Shown here: piece after piece, positions 38,552-48,664 of the stretch
Layout of the letters: each line of letters starts with the position of its first letter
Numbering within the stretch: the first letter of the stretch is position 1
NCBI GenBank assembly: GCA_965228855.1
Contig: CBDDIJ010000002.1
Span: 2,336,001 to 2,400,000, forward strand
Length of the DNA: 64,000 nucleotides
Source of the DNA: Candidatus Obscuribacterales bacterium
Lineage (GTDB): Bacteria; Cyanobacteriota; Vampirovibrionia; Obscuribacterales; Obscuribacteraceae
Reading direction: 5' to 3'
The notes under the pieces: generated by a model
Databases searched by the model: none
What the model was told of the DNA's origin: nothing
Seen by the model: only the letters and a program-made list of their open reading frames with translations
Program-made: the position numbers and the translations under genes

Positions 38552-39226
38552 CTAAAAGTGGGATTTAGAACTGCAATTTCGGGTGTGCTCGTTCCAGCTG
38601 ATACTTCGAATCTTGGTGGCGCGACTCTTCAAATCCAGAGTGTGGAGGGCGCGACTGAGAAATCTGTAGGTGGTGAGAGATGAGCAATTGCCGACAAGAG
38701 TTGCTGCAGTTTCGCCCTCACTGTCGACTATAACCAGTGTGGGAAAAGCGAATATGCGAAATTTCTTCTGGAGGTCGGTTACAAGACGCGGGTTTTTGCC
38801 AAGATCTTTCAATCTGTCTGTGACGCGGACCGGCATGAAGTGCTCATCTATGAGTTTATCAACCTGCGCGTTGCTAAGTGAGGTGTTTTCCATCTTTTTG
38901 CAAGGGTCGGACCATGGTGCGTAGAATTCGTAAAGAACAAACTTGTTTTGTGCGCGACTTGCGGAAAGCACTTTCTCAATTTCTACCATGCTGTCCGGTG
39001 AAACATCCATCACCGGCGGTGGTACAAATTCCTGCCTACTAAGCGCCGCTGGTGAGTTTAACGGAACCATCTCCTGCCATTGAACCGATTCACGCGTTGG
39101 TTGCGGCGTCGACGATTGCGCTAGACTAACTCCTGTCTCTATCAAGCGAGCACAGAGTAAAATTGCTGCCATCACTACCAGTGCGCGAGGCATGTCTGAA
39201 GTCGATCGTTCTCTAGTTTGTTCCAT
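38552..39226 (-). CDS. Thioredoxin-like fold protein (SxxC variant)
   Basis: VLYEFYAPWSDPCKKME...FPTLVIVD; start overlaps the permease stop. Confidence 0.8.
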   Translation of the reverse strand: MEQTRERSTSDMPRALVVMAAILLCARLIETGVSLAQSSTPQPTRESVQWQEMVPLNSPAALSRQEFVPPPVMDVSPDSMVEIEKVLSASRAQNKFVLYEFYAPWSDPCKKMENTSLSNAQVDKLIDEHFMPVRVTDRLKDLGKNPRLVTDLQKKFRIFAFPTLVIVDSEGETAATLVGNCSSLTTYRFLSRALHTLDLKSRATKIRSISWNEHTRNCSSKSHF

Positions 39227-40001
39227 AGAAAAACTCCCGTTTGTTTGTCGTCGCAATGGCGAAAGCCAGGTACAGTGAAACTGCGGAGCCATAGGCAATA
39301 AGGGGGGCAAGACTGAAAGCTTTTGTGCTGATCAAGTCATAGACATTCACCGTGGGTAGTATCAAGTCTGCTATGTAGGTTGACACCGACAGCATAAACT
39401 TAGTCGCCTCCATTGACAGGTCCCCTCCGACGCTCATGCCTGCGACGCTGACAGGAGGGATGGTTTGACCGGCGAGCCAGATGTAGAAGGATAGAATTGC
39501 CACTATCTGAAAGGCTGGATTTCGATTCAGCATCGTCAGTATCATGGCTGCGGAAATTAGCCCTGCGTCCAGAAATCGTTCAACGATCATACTGAGTACT
39601 GCTGAGGCGGTTATCGCTTCGCCAAATCCGAATCCGATTGCGCAAATAATTATGTTTTGCAGAGCGGCGAAACCGCCTCCGATCATCGTAATCACGAGCC
39701 ACTTGCTCAGCACGTACTCCGAGCGCGTAATCGGTCTCGTGAATATGAGTGGCAGGTACTCTCCGCCTCGGCCCTGAGTTGCGCTATTACCCGCCAGACC
39801 GAGACAAAGCACCATGAGAACAAAGGCAACACCAACTTTTCCTGTTAGCATCTCGAAGGTTTGAGAATCTGCCGCCCCGTGAAACATTGATGCGACTTTC
39901 ATGCCAATCGGCATGACGAAACCGAGCATCGCCACGTATAAGAGTTTCAGTGGATCAAGGCAAGCTGACATTGCTGTAAATTGCATAATTGTTCTATTCA
40001 T
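39213..40001 (-). CDS. ABC-2 type transporter permease
   Basis: Multi-TM; LIFTRPITRSEYVLSKW; coupled to the upstream ATPase. Confidence 0.85.
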   Translation of the reverse strand: MNRTIMQFTAMSACLDPLKLLYVAMLGFVMPIGMKVASMFHGAADSQTFEMLTGKVGVAFVLMVLCLGLAGNSATQGRGGEYLPLIFTRPITRSEYVLSKWLVITMIGGGFAALQNIIICAIGFGFGEAITASAVLSMIVERFLDAGLISAAMILTMLNRNPAFQIVAILSFYIWLAGQTIPPVSVAGMSVGGDLSMEATKFMLSVSTYIADLILPTVNVYDLISTKAFSLAPLIAYGSAVSLYLAFAIATTNKREFFYGTN

Positions 40002-40950
40002 TATTTGCTTCACCTCCTGACTCGCCTGTGAACAATTGCTCGAGGCGCATGCGCTCGGGAACGGCTTCCTCTACAGGAACACCTCTTGCAACCAATTCCT
40101 TGATTAGACCCGTAGCGGCGTGGTGATCTCTGACGCGGAACCGTCCCCACTCGTGGTGGCACTCGGTCAACACAGATTGAGACAGGTTGGCCGCCTCTTG
40201 TACAATCGCACCGAGCGAGCCGTTGAGAAGGTTTTCACTCCATCGAACGTACATCATATAGTCGGTGATATTTCCGCCTTTGATTGTTTCAATTGATGCG
40301 ATTTTACCCTGGCGAATGAACGCAACGCGGTCGCAGAGTCGTTCTACTTCATCTAACTGATGCGAGTTTATGATTGCAGTAATGCCGCTATCGCGCATAT
40401 TCTTTATGATGTTCCGAACGACGGCCACTCCGGTCGGATCTAGCCCCAGAGTTGGTTCGTCGAGCAGAGCTAGCTTCGGTTTCCCGATCAGAAGTTGTGC
40501 CAGGTTGAGCCGTTGCAGCATTCCTCTGGAGTAAGTGCGAAGACGCCGGTCCCATGCCGAGCGTGCTAGCTCGACCATCTCGAGCGCCTCCTCGATGTCT
40601 TGCTTTTGGGTTCTGTGATCTCGCCCGGCCAAACCGTGATGATATTGAAGAAATTGTCGTCCGGTCATCCAGTGCTCGAAGTCTGAGCGTTCCGGTACAT
40701 AGCCTGTCTCCTTCCGGACAGAGACATAGTCTGCCGGTCGCCCCAGTATGCGAATCGTCCCGGCGTCAGGTTTGAGAAGCGCGAGTAGGCACCCGATCAA
40801 AGTTGTCTTGCCTGCTCCGTTGGGACCGATTAGACCAAAAATCTCGCCTTTGGCAACTGAGAAGCTTATGCCATCAAGCGCACAAGTGTTGCCACCCTTG
40901 TATGTCTTGCGAAGCTCATTGACCTCGACGGCGGTTTCGTCTTGATTCAT
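39994..40950 (-). CDS. ABC transporter ATP-binding protein
   Basis: GPNGAGKTT, YSRGM signature, LLDEPT, SHQL. Confidence 0.95.
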   Translation of the reverse strand: MNQDETAVEVNELRKTYKGGNTCALDGISFSVAKGEIFGLIGPNGAGKTTLIGCLLALLKPDAGTIRILGRPADYVSVRKETGYVPERSDFEHWMTGRQFLQYHHGLAGRDHRTQKQDIEEALEMVELARSAWDRRLRTYSRGMLQRLNLAQLLIGKPKLALLDEPTLGLDPTGVAVVRNIIKNMRDSGITAIINSHQLDEVERLCDRVAFIRQGKIASIETIKGGNITDYMMYVRWSENLLNGSLGAIVQEAANLSQSVLTECHHEWGRFRVRDHHAATGLIKELVARGVPVEEAVPERMRLEQLFTGESGGEANNE

Positions 40951-41223
40951 TATTCAGGATGTCCTCTGGGCTTTCCTGGCACGCGTGGGCGTAGTGCGGT
41001 TGATCGCAAGCGCGACGGAGCCAATGGGAATGCCCATTAGTAAGAGGGAAGTGTCCGGCTCACCCCACAGTACGCATTTTTCTTGTCCGAAACACTGGGG
41101 TGATCCCTGAGTATCTACCCGGGATCACTTTGAATGTTGTCCGATTCGAGGGGGATGGGTTAAAATTCCTCAGTTTAATCTCAGGAGCCAGCCGCTTTCG
41201 CCTCCTGATCTATACGGATATAA

Positions 41224-42063
41224 ATGACCGCAGGTATAAAGAGACTTGATAGACAGATGCCACCGAATCCGGTGCGGCTCCTATTTGTCTTCGCTCCGGC
41301 CATGATGCTGGCGATGGTCTTGCTGTGCGCTGCAGGTACTAAAACTCCAGCCCATCAATTCTGTGACGATGGTGACAAGGCTGCCGGTGTCGGTCGCTAT
41401 GATGAGGCTATTTCCTTATATAACAGGGCTATAAAGGCGGATGCTGGGCTCAGCAGAGCTTATTTAAACCGTGGGATCGCATACGACAATCTCGACAAGT
41501 TTGATTTGGCACTGAAAGACTTTGATAAGGCACTTGAGCTATGCCCTCCGGATGATAAGTTTCGCCAGGAGTTCTACTACAATCGCGGTATGTGTCTGCA
41601 TCGACTCGGTCGTTTCAATGATGCGATAAAGGATTATGATGCTGCGATAAAGCTTCAGAAGGATGCGAGCTTTCACTTTATGCGCGGTAAGAGCCATCGC
41701 TCGGCGGGCAGTCCGGGTAAGGCGGTGAGCGATTTTGACATTGCTGCTTCGCAAGCCGAGGGTGATGATCGTGCGATGAGTTTATTTCACCGGGGGCTAG
41801 CGTATCGGGATCTTGGACGAAATGATAAAGCGCTCGACGATTTCACCCTGGCGATAGCGAATTTCGAGCAGGGCTATGATGGTAAAGATTCCATGCAATT
41901 GAAAGGTTCAAAACATAACCTACCGGCTGCGTACTGGGAGCGTGGGCATCTTTACGAGAAGCTAGGCAAGAAAGAACTTGCGGCTAAGGACTTGAAGAAA
42001 GCCGAGGACTTCCATTACAGACCGGATATCGAACATCGCCTACCGGTTCCGGTCGCTCAGTAG
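41224..42063 (+). CDS. TPR repeat protein
   Basis: AYLNRGIAY...ALKDFDKAL, YYNRGMCL...AIKDYDAAI repeats; N-terminal hydrophobic segment. Confidence 0.88.
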   Translation: MTAGIKRLDRQMPPNPVRLLFVFAPAMMLAMVLLCAAGTKTPAHQFCDDGDKAAGVGRYDEAISLYNRAIKADAGLSRAYLNRGIAYDNLDKFDLALKDFDKALELCPPDDKFRQEFYYNRGMCLHRLGRFNDAIKDYDAAIKLQKDASFHFMRGKSHRSAGSPGKAVSDFDIAASQAEGDDRAMSLFHRGLAYRDLGRNDKALDDFTLAIANFEQGYDGKDSMQLKGSKHNLPAAYWERGHLYEKLGKKELAAKDLKKAEDFHYRPDIEHRLPVPVAQ

Positions 42064-42118
42064 GCACCAATTGCGGTGGCGAAGCTCAAGGCTTTTGGTG
42101 CAACCGCGGGCGGTGACC

Positions 42119-42703
42119 CTAAATCATACTCTTTCGCTGCGCGAATAGCATGGTCAGCGGAATAGCAATGGTTACGGGGCTGTCAAAACCCGGAATTTGC
42201 GTTTCTGTCGAAAGGACAAGCTGATTTTTTTCGTTACGAGACAAAAGCGCACTACCTTTGACATCAATTACTTGTTCGAGCGGACCAAGTTTAAACGTCA
42301 TCGAAAGGCCTCGGCGAATGTTCATTCGCAGACCACGTTTTTCTTTGTCCACAATCGCACCAAAGTTCAAATCCTCGCCAAACTTAACGGCTGTCAAATC
42401 CACCAGAGGGGCTACGGGATGTTTGAATTTGAGCACAAGCTCCTTCTTGCGTTTAATGTCGACGTCAAGCTCCATCTGCCCTTTCGGAATGATCTGCACC
42501 GACTTTACGCCCGTCAGCTCGGTACACAGTTCGCTAATCAGGTCCACCGCAAACTGATAACCGTCTTTGCCCAGACGAAAAAGTTCAGTAATCATATTTT
42601 TTGCCGCTTTTTGATTTTCTTCCGAAACCAACGTCAGCAACTGGCGTTCTATCTCTTGGTAGACGAAGGGACGCTTGTCCTCTTCATGCGGCTTATCGGC
42701 CAT
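42119..42703 (-). CDS. Hypothetical protein
   Basis: GAGAGG RBS, ATG, protein-like composition; no motif recognised. Confidence 0.7.
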   Translation of the reverse strand: MADKPHEEDKRPFVYQEIERQLLTLVSEENQKAAKNMITELFRLGKDGYQFAVDLISELCTELTGVKSVQIIPKGQMELDVDIKRKKELVLKFKHPVAPLVDLTAVKFGEDLNFGAIVDKEKRGLRMNIRRGLSMTFKLGPLEQVIDVKGSALLSRNEKNQLVLSTETQIPGFDSPVTIAIPLTMLFAQRKSMI

Positions 42704-43121
42704 TTGAACCTCTCGCCCTGACTAGGGACTGCATTATGCCTGTGATTATACCAAGCTATAGTGCAGCCTGCATTGGCCCGCTTAATGCGTTGTCACCGGG
42801 TGCCAAAGTTGCTCGGTACGTGTGGAAATCACCATGTTCAGATCTGATGGTCTCGACTATGATGGTAAGTGTTTTCTCAGTGGGAACCGCTGGTTGCGCA
42901 ATGACAGAACCTGCCAGAAACACGGATACGAGTCTAATTAGCCTTCTTGCTGGCTTTAAGGTTGAATTGCAATGCGGTGAGCTTAGAGCGTCCGCGGTGG
43001 AGATTGAATGCAACATGACCGACTCAGAGGTCGCCGACGCGTTTGCCGGCATTCAAAAGCTATCTATTGAATCCATGAAGTCGATCGTTGACAGTTTGAG
43101 TTAGCTGATTCTGACATTGAT

Positions 43122-46100
43122 TCAATGGCTTTTGGGGCTTAGAATTTCATTTGAGTTGACTTCGCTTGTCGCTGGTTCGCCACCAGTAGCGGTACCGTCC
43201 GTCGGAAAGTGTTTTAAAACCCACTTCTGAAAATCGTCCATGTATGTAAAAACAACTGGCACCACCAGTAGTGTCAATATCGTCGACATGAACAGACCGC
43301 CGACTACAGCAATTGCCATTGGCGCGCGGGCCTCCGCGCCGGCACCCAAGCCGATTGCAATCGGTAGCATCCCGGCTATCATGGCGGTGGTCGTCATGAG
43401 AATTGGACGCATTCTGGTTCTACCAGCCGTAAAAATAGCTTCCTCTCGACTCATACCTTCCTTCATCGCTACCAGGCAGTATTCGACGAGCAGAATCGCG
43501 TTTTTGGTCACCAGACCCATAAGCATTACGATCCCAATCAGGGCATACATATCAATTGGCTTGTTGAACAACAGTAGTCCTATGAGCGCTCCGCCCAGTG
43601 ACAGCGGAAGCGACATCATGATGGTAAATGGATGGAGAAATCCGCGGAAAAGAAGCACTAAGACAGCGTAAATTAGAAGCACGCCGGTCACGATCGAATA
43701 GCCGAAACCGCCGAAGATGTCGCTCTGGATTTCGGCGTCTCCTGCCTTGTGCTCACTGACCGATGGAGGCATGTGTTTAAAAGACGGCAAATTGTGGATC
43801 TTCGAGATTGCCTCACCGAGCGTCAAGTTGGCTCCGGACTTTGCTGTTATGGAAACCTGGCGAGCGCGATCGTAACGATCTACCTTAAACAGACCGCTGT
43901 CAAATTCTACGTGCGCAACACTCGAGAGGGGAACCAGGCGACCGTTGTTTCCGACAACTCGCAGGTTTCCTACGACAGACATCTTTTGTCTGAACTTAGG
44001 ATCGAGTCTGACGACAATCGCGATCTGTCTGTCGCTGAGATCAAATTTCGGTCGATTGGCGTCGATATCACCCATGGTGGCAACCAGCGCCGTTCTCGCT
44101 ATTGACTCGACCGAGACTCCTTGCTCTGCTGCACGAGCGAAATCAGGATGGACAACGATTTCCGGCCGCAATGCGGCCGCACTGGACTGAATGTCCGTTA
44201 GACCCGGGACGGTTCGAATCTCCTTTACGAGTTCAGTTGCAGTGTTCTGAAGGGCCTCCGGGTCGTGACTTGTCAAAAGTACATGCACGGCTCCTGAACC
44301 CCAGCCTCCACCGAATGTTACACGGGCTCCGGGAACCAGTAATAGCTGGGGTCTAATCAGATCTTCGAATTGATCTTGCGTTAATTTGCGCTGGTCTCTT
44401 GGTTTTAGTAGAACAATTAGCCGACCTTGATTCACCTCTCCGCCGCTTCCGGCGCTGGAGAAAATAGTCTTGACCTCTGGGCGTTTAAGAACAATCCTGT
44501 TCAACTCCTTCAAGACTTCTACGGTGTCCTTGAGCTGTGAACCGGGCGGAAGCTCAACGCGTATATGAGATTCACCTCTATCTATCCGGGATACCAGAGA
44601 TGTCGGCAGGGATTTGAATAACCATATGCTGCCGGCGAAAAACATAATTCCAGCAATCACCGTTATTAATCGATGTTTGATGACGACCTTCAAGGCATCG
44701 TTATAAACCCTGTTGATCCAGGTCTCGCTATGGTTCTCCTCATGCTTCTTCAGCCAGTATGCCGCCATCACGGGAGTGATCAAGCGAGCGACCAGGAGGG
44801 AGCAGAACACTGCGACCGAGACGGTCAGTCCGAATTGGCGGAAAAATTGACCTGGAATTCCTCCCATGAATGCTACCGGTAAAAACACGACTACAGCAGC
44901 CAGAGTCGTCGCCACGACCGCAAGCCCAATTTCATCCGCCGCATCTATCGAGGCGAAGTATGGTTTTTTCCCCATATTCATGTGACGAACTATGTTTTCG
45001 ATTTCAACAATTGCGTCGTCTACGAGAATGCCGATCACAAGAGCAAGACCAAGCAGGGACATGTCATTCAACGTAAAATTCATTGCTTTCATGAACGCGA
45101 ATGTCGGTATCACAGATAGTGGCATTGCCAGAGCGGATATCAATGCCGCTCGACTGTCCCGAAGGAACAACCAGATAACGACCACTGCCAGGATCGCGCC
45201 CAAGATTAGCGATTCGAAGGTTGCCTCGCAAGACTCGCGGACGAATTGCGCGCCGCTAAACACCTGAGTCAATTTCACGTCCGGATATTTCTTTTCGAGT
45301 TCCTTGACCACGGCGGCCGCATCTTTTTCCACCGCCACGATGTTATGACCACGGCGTCTGACGACTTCCATGCCGACCGCCGGCTTACCATCGAGCAAAG
45401 CCATGTGGCGCTGCTCGGAACTGCCGTCGGTGATGGTGCCAAGCGAGTTGAGTTCTACCCATCTGCCTCCGGGCAGCGAAATACGTTCGGACCCGAGCGT
45501 ATCGATGTTATGGGCGCTTCCCAGTGTTCTGATTGACTGTTCCGACGATCCGATTTCTCCGCGACCGCCGGGCAGATTGACGTTTAAACCACGCAGTTGC
45601 TGGTTGACCATGTCGGCTGTGACGCCCATCGCTTCCAGTCTTACCGGGTCCAGATTTACACAGATTTGTCGGTCCACGCCACCGAAACGGTAGACTTGAC
45701 CGATGCCTGGCTTCGCCATGAGTGCACGCGAAAAATCGTTCTCAATCAAGTATGTGAGCTCTTTGGCTGAGCGTCGAGGAGATTCGACGGTGTAAGTGAT
45801 ACCGGAATCCTCGACAAAATCCTGGCGCTGAATAATTGGCTCGTCAATGCCACGCGGCAACTGAGCGCGAATCCTGGTAACTGCTTCGCGAACATCGTTG
45901 GTGGCACGATCGCTGCTTGTTCCCAATTCGAATTCAATATCGGTGTTCGATACACCGGTGTTCAGCGTGGAGCGAATGTGTTTAACGTTAGCAACGCCGG
46001 CGACTGCGTCTTCGACGCGTCTGGTTATTTGAGTTTCCAATTCCAGAGGCGCAGCACCGCTCTCCGTGACCGTTACGGAAACCCAGGGCACATCGATGTT

Positions 46101-46220
46101 TGGTTGCTGTTCAATACCTAGCGACATCAGTGCCTGGATGCCGGCGACGCTCAGAAGGAGAAAAAGTATTATCGGAGGAATTGGATTGCGAATGCACCAG
46201 GCCGATATGTTCCAGTTCAT
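43122..46220 (-). CDS. RND efflux permease (AcrB/CzcA family)
   Basis: GILVDDAIVEIENI, GQFFRQFG, LVTKNAILLVE, RMRPILMTT. Confidence 0.96.
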   Translation of the reverse strand: MNWNISAWCIRNPIPPIILFLLLSVAGIQALMSLGIEQQPNIDVPWVSVTVTESGAAPLELETQITRRVEDAVAGVANVKHIRSTLNTGVSNTDIEFELGTSSDRATNDVREAVTRIRAQLPRGIDEPIIQRQDFVEDSGITYTVESPRRSAKELTYLIENDFSRALMAKPGIGQVYRFGGVDRQICVNLDPVRLEAMGVTADMVNQQLRGLNVNLPGGRGEIGSSEQSIRTLGSAHNIDTLGSERISLPGGRWVELNSLGTITDGSSEQRHMALLDGKPAVGMEVVRRRGHNIVAVEKDAAAVVKELEKKYPDVKLTQVFSGAQFVRESCEATFESLILGAILAVVVIWLFLRDSRAALISALAMPLSVIPTFAFMKAMNFTLNDMSLLGLALVIGILVDDAIVEIENIVRHMNMGKKPYFASIDAADEIGLAVVATTLAAVVVFLPVAFMGGIPGQFFRQFGLTVSVAVFCSLLVARLITPVMAAYWLKKHEENHSETWINRVYNDALKVVIKHRLITVIAGIMFFAGSIWLFKSLPTSLVSRIDRGESHIRVELPPGSQLKDTVEVLKELNRIVLKRPEVKTIFSSAGSGGEVNQGRLIVLLKPRDQRKLTQDQFEDLIRPQLLLVPGARVTFGGGWGSGAVHVLLTSHDPEALQNTATELVKEIRTVPGLTDIQSSAAALRPEIVVHPDFARAAEQGVSVESIARTALVATMGDIDANRPKFDLSDRQIAIVVRLDPKFRQKMSVVGNLRVVGNNGRLVPLSSVAHVEFDSGLFKVDRYDRARQVSITAKSGANLTLGEAISKIHNLPSFKHMPPSVSEHKAGDAEIQSDIFGGFGYSIVTGVLLIYAVLVLLFRGFLHPFTIMMSLPLSLGGALIGLLLFNKPIDMYALIGIVMLMGLVTKNAILLVEYCLVAMKEGMSREEAIFTAGRTRMRPILMTTTAMIAGMLPIAIGLGAGAEARAPMAIAVVGGLFMSTILTLLVVPVVFTYMDDFQKWVLKHFPTDGTATGGEPATSEVNSNEILSPKSH

Positions 46221-47791
46221 TTTGCCACTCGCACCAGATCGCGGTCTGCAAGGAATCTAGCGCCTTTCTCGACGACGATTTCGCCTGCCGCGAGACCGTT
46301 TCTAATCTCGGCAAATTCTTCGGTCTGGATTCCTGGCTTCACGATAGTGCTGAGTGCTCTATTTTCTGCGTCTAGTTTAAATACTACTGATTCGCCGTTT
46401 CGCGTTACGATCGATGATACCGGCACTGTAACGGCGTCCCTCATGCCGACGCGAACTTCACCACGAACGAACATACCCTGTTTTAATCCGGCGTTACTAG
46501 GAAGGTCGATTCGCACGATACCATATCTGGTGGCGGGATCGACCAGCGGATTGACCAGTCTGACCGTGCCCTTGATAGGCTGTGCATCATCTTCTTTGAT
46601 GGTGACGTCTACCGATTGACCCGGCTGAATCCTTGCGATGTCAATGTCGGAAACTTGAGCTCTCAGTTCTAACCGATCCATTCGGACCATAAGGAACATC
46701 GGCGTTCCGGCAGCTGTGATGTCACCGATGTGCGCATCGCGACGCGATATCAATCCATCGTCCGGGGCACGTATGATTGTCTGAGCAATTTGCTCTTCGA
46801 GTTGTTGGATCTGTGCTTTAGTCTCGGCAACAGTTGCGCGTGATATTTGAACATCTTCCAGGCGTCCGCCACGAGTAGCAATCAGAAATCGTTGCCGCGC
46901 CTGCTGAACCTGTTGGCTTGCCGCTTTGATTCGCTCATCCGCGGACTTAACTTCTTCGCGCGCATTTACTGCAGTGACTTGCTTGTTCTCCGCGTCTTGC
47001 ATACTGATCGCGCCGGCTCTGGCGAGTTCCGTAAATCGATGGGCGGCCGTTTCGGCATTTCCGAGATTGGCATAGGCCTGTTTTCGCTTAGCTTCTTCTT
47101 GCGCGACATTCGCCTCTGATTGCGCGAGAGCGGCTCGCAGAGCGATTATATCTTCGGGTCTGTTAGGCTGAATGGCTTTGCCGAGATTTGCGTGACTCGA
47201 TTGCAGGCGCGCTTTTGCCTGGTCGAGTTGCGCGCGCAGCAGTGCGGAGTTGAGTGTGGCAAGCACCTGCCCTTTGCGTACCCTATCGCCTTCTTCTACG
47301 TTTATCTCGGTTATGCGCAATCCGCTGACTTCAGAACCTATTGCCAGCGGGTCCCATGCCCAAACGGAACCTGTTACGCTCAGGTCATCTTCGACGCTCT
47401 TGATCTGGGCGACAGCTTTAGTGACCGTCACCACAGCTGGTGACGCCGTCAACTGCGTCTTTGCGGTCTGAGCCTTTTGATATTCGTTGAAACCGTATAC
47501 AGATCCCGCCACAACACCGATTAAGACGAGGACACTGACCGCCACTGCTTTGGGGCGTTTTAGGAAGTTGGCGACATTCGTGTTTGCTGTTTCTCCATCC
47601 GGTTTCGTCTGTTGGGTTGCCTTCTTTGACGCAAGGCTGCGATGCACGGCGGAAACATCCTGAATTTCCATCTCCAGCGAGCGGTTTAGTTGTTGACGAG
47701 TTTGCTCGTCGGAACTTGAAGATTCCGCATGCGCGTTCAAGCTCGCCGTAAGCCGTTTAGCCTCAGCTGCTTCGGATGTTTCAGGCTTCAC
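46217..47791 (-). CDS. RND periplasmic adaptor (membrane fusion protein)
   Basis: TM helix, VEEGDRVRKGQVLA, long coiled coil, IRAPDDGLI, GLAAGEIVV; overlaps the permease start. Confidence 0.93.
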   Translation of the reverse strand: MKPETSEAAEAKRLTASLNAHAESSSSDEQTRQQLNRSLEMEIQDVSAVHRSLASKKATQQTKPDGETANTNVANFLKRPKAVAVSVLVLIGVVAGSVYGFNEYQKAQTAKTQLTASPAVVTVTKAVAQIKSVEDDLSVTGSVWAWDPLAIGSEVSGLRITEINVEEGDRVRKGQVLATLNSALLRAQLDQAKARLQSSHANLGKAIQPNRPEDIIALRAALAQSEANVAQEEAKRKQAYANLGNAETAAHRFTELARAGAISMQDAENKQVTAVNAREEVKSADERIKAASQQVQQARQRFLIATRGGRLEDVQISRATVAETKAQIQQLEEQIAQTIIRAPDDGLISRRDAHIGDITAAGTPMFLMVRMDRLELRAQVSDIDIARIQPGQSVDVTIKEDDAQPIKGTVRLVNPLVDPATRYGIVRIDLPSNAGLKQGMFVRGEVRVGMRDAVTVPVSSIVTRNGESVVFKLDAENRALSTIVKPGIQTEEFAEIRNGLAAGEIVVEKGARFLADRDLVRVAK

Positions 47792-48049
47792 TGGGTGGAC
47801 CTCCGGGCAAAGGCCATCCTTCTAATGGGCTTTACTATTGGCAAGGGTAAGGGAATTATGAGACCGAATCAATCCTTTGTGGGGAAATTTTGATATTCCT
47901 TTAATTTTGCGAGCTAATTTTGATAGATTCCAAGAAGAATTTACGGATGCTGTGCGTAATCAAAACACAGTCCAGTGTACGCGAATTCAGAAACGCGCGC
48001 TTGAAAATTCACCCTGGAGCATGTTCGATTCTGCGCTATTCTGGTTTTC

Positions 48050-48664
48050 ATGGAAAGCGAATCATTTGTGGTATTGAAAACGGCTGCGCTCAACGGCGAC
48101 GTCGATTCGCAGTTTGAGCTGGCTATAAAATACGAGACTGGGAGCGGCATTGAGCGCAGCGGAGCGGAGGCTTTCGAGTGGCTCAAAAAAGCCAGTGCCG
48201 CCGGTCACATCGACGCTACTGTTGCATTGGGAAAGAAGTACGAGCATGGTGATGACGTGAAGCAGAACGTCAGGCTGGCCTGCGCGACCTACCGGAAAGC
48301 TGCTGACGCCGGTGACGCAAACGCACAGATGTGTCTGGCTAAAATGTACTTGCTTGGTAAAGGGGTTCATGCTGATGCTGAGGAAGCCTTCGAGTGGTAT
48401 CAACGCGCGGCTCAGCAAGGACATGCGATTGCACAATTCAATATTGCGGAGATGCTGTTGAACGAAAGGGGCGTTGAACCTGATGACGCTCGGGCATTCA
48501 TGTGGTGTCTCAAAGCTGCTGAGCAAGGCGTTTGCGAGGCGATGACGCGAGTCGCGAAACTTTATCAAGATGGTCGTGGTGTGGAGAAAAACGAAGGACT
48601 TGCTCATGAGTGGTATCAGCGCGCCGCGGAAAGCGCTCTGGCTGCGGAGCAAGCCGCCGATTAG
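48050..48664 (+). CDS. Sel1-like repeat protein
   Basis: AQMCLAKMYLLGKGV...AFEWYQRAAQQG repeats. Confidence 0.92.
   Translation: MESESFVVLKTAALNGDVDSQFELAIKYETGSGIERSGAEAFEWLKKASAAGHIDATVALGKKYEHGDDVKQNVRLACATYRKAADAGDANAQMCLAKMYLLGKGVHADAEEAFEWYQRAAQQGHAIAQFNIAEMLLNERGVEPDDARAFMWCLKAAEQGVCEAMTRVAKLYQDGRGVEKNEGLAHEWYQRAAESALAAEQAAD

Noticed and set aside
42601..43104. ORFs 42601-43104 (+) and 42756-43052 (-)
   Set aside because: Mutually overlapping, weak starts, no recognisable motif; neither can be supported.
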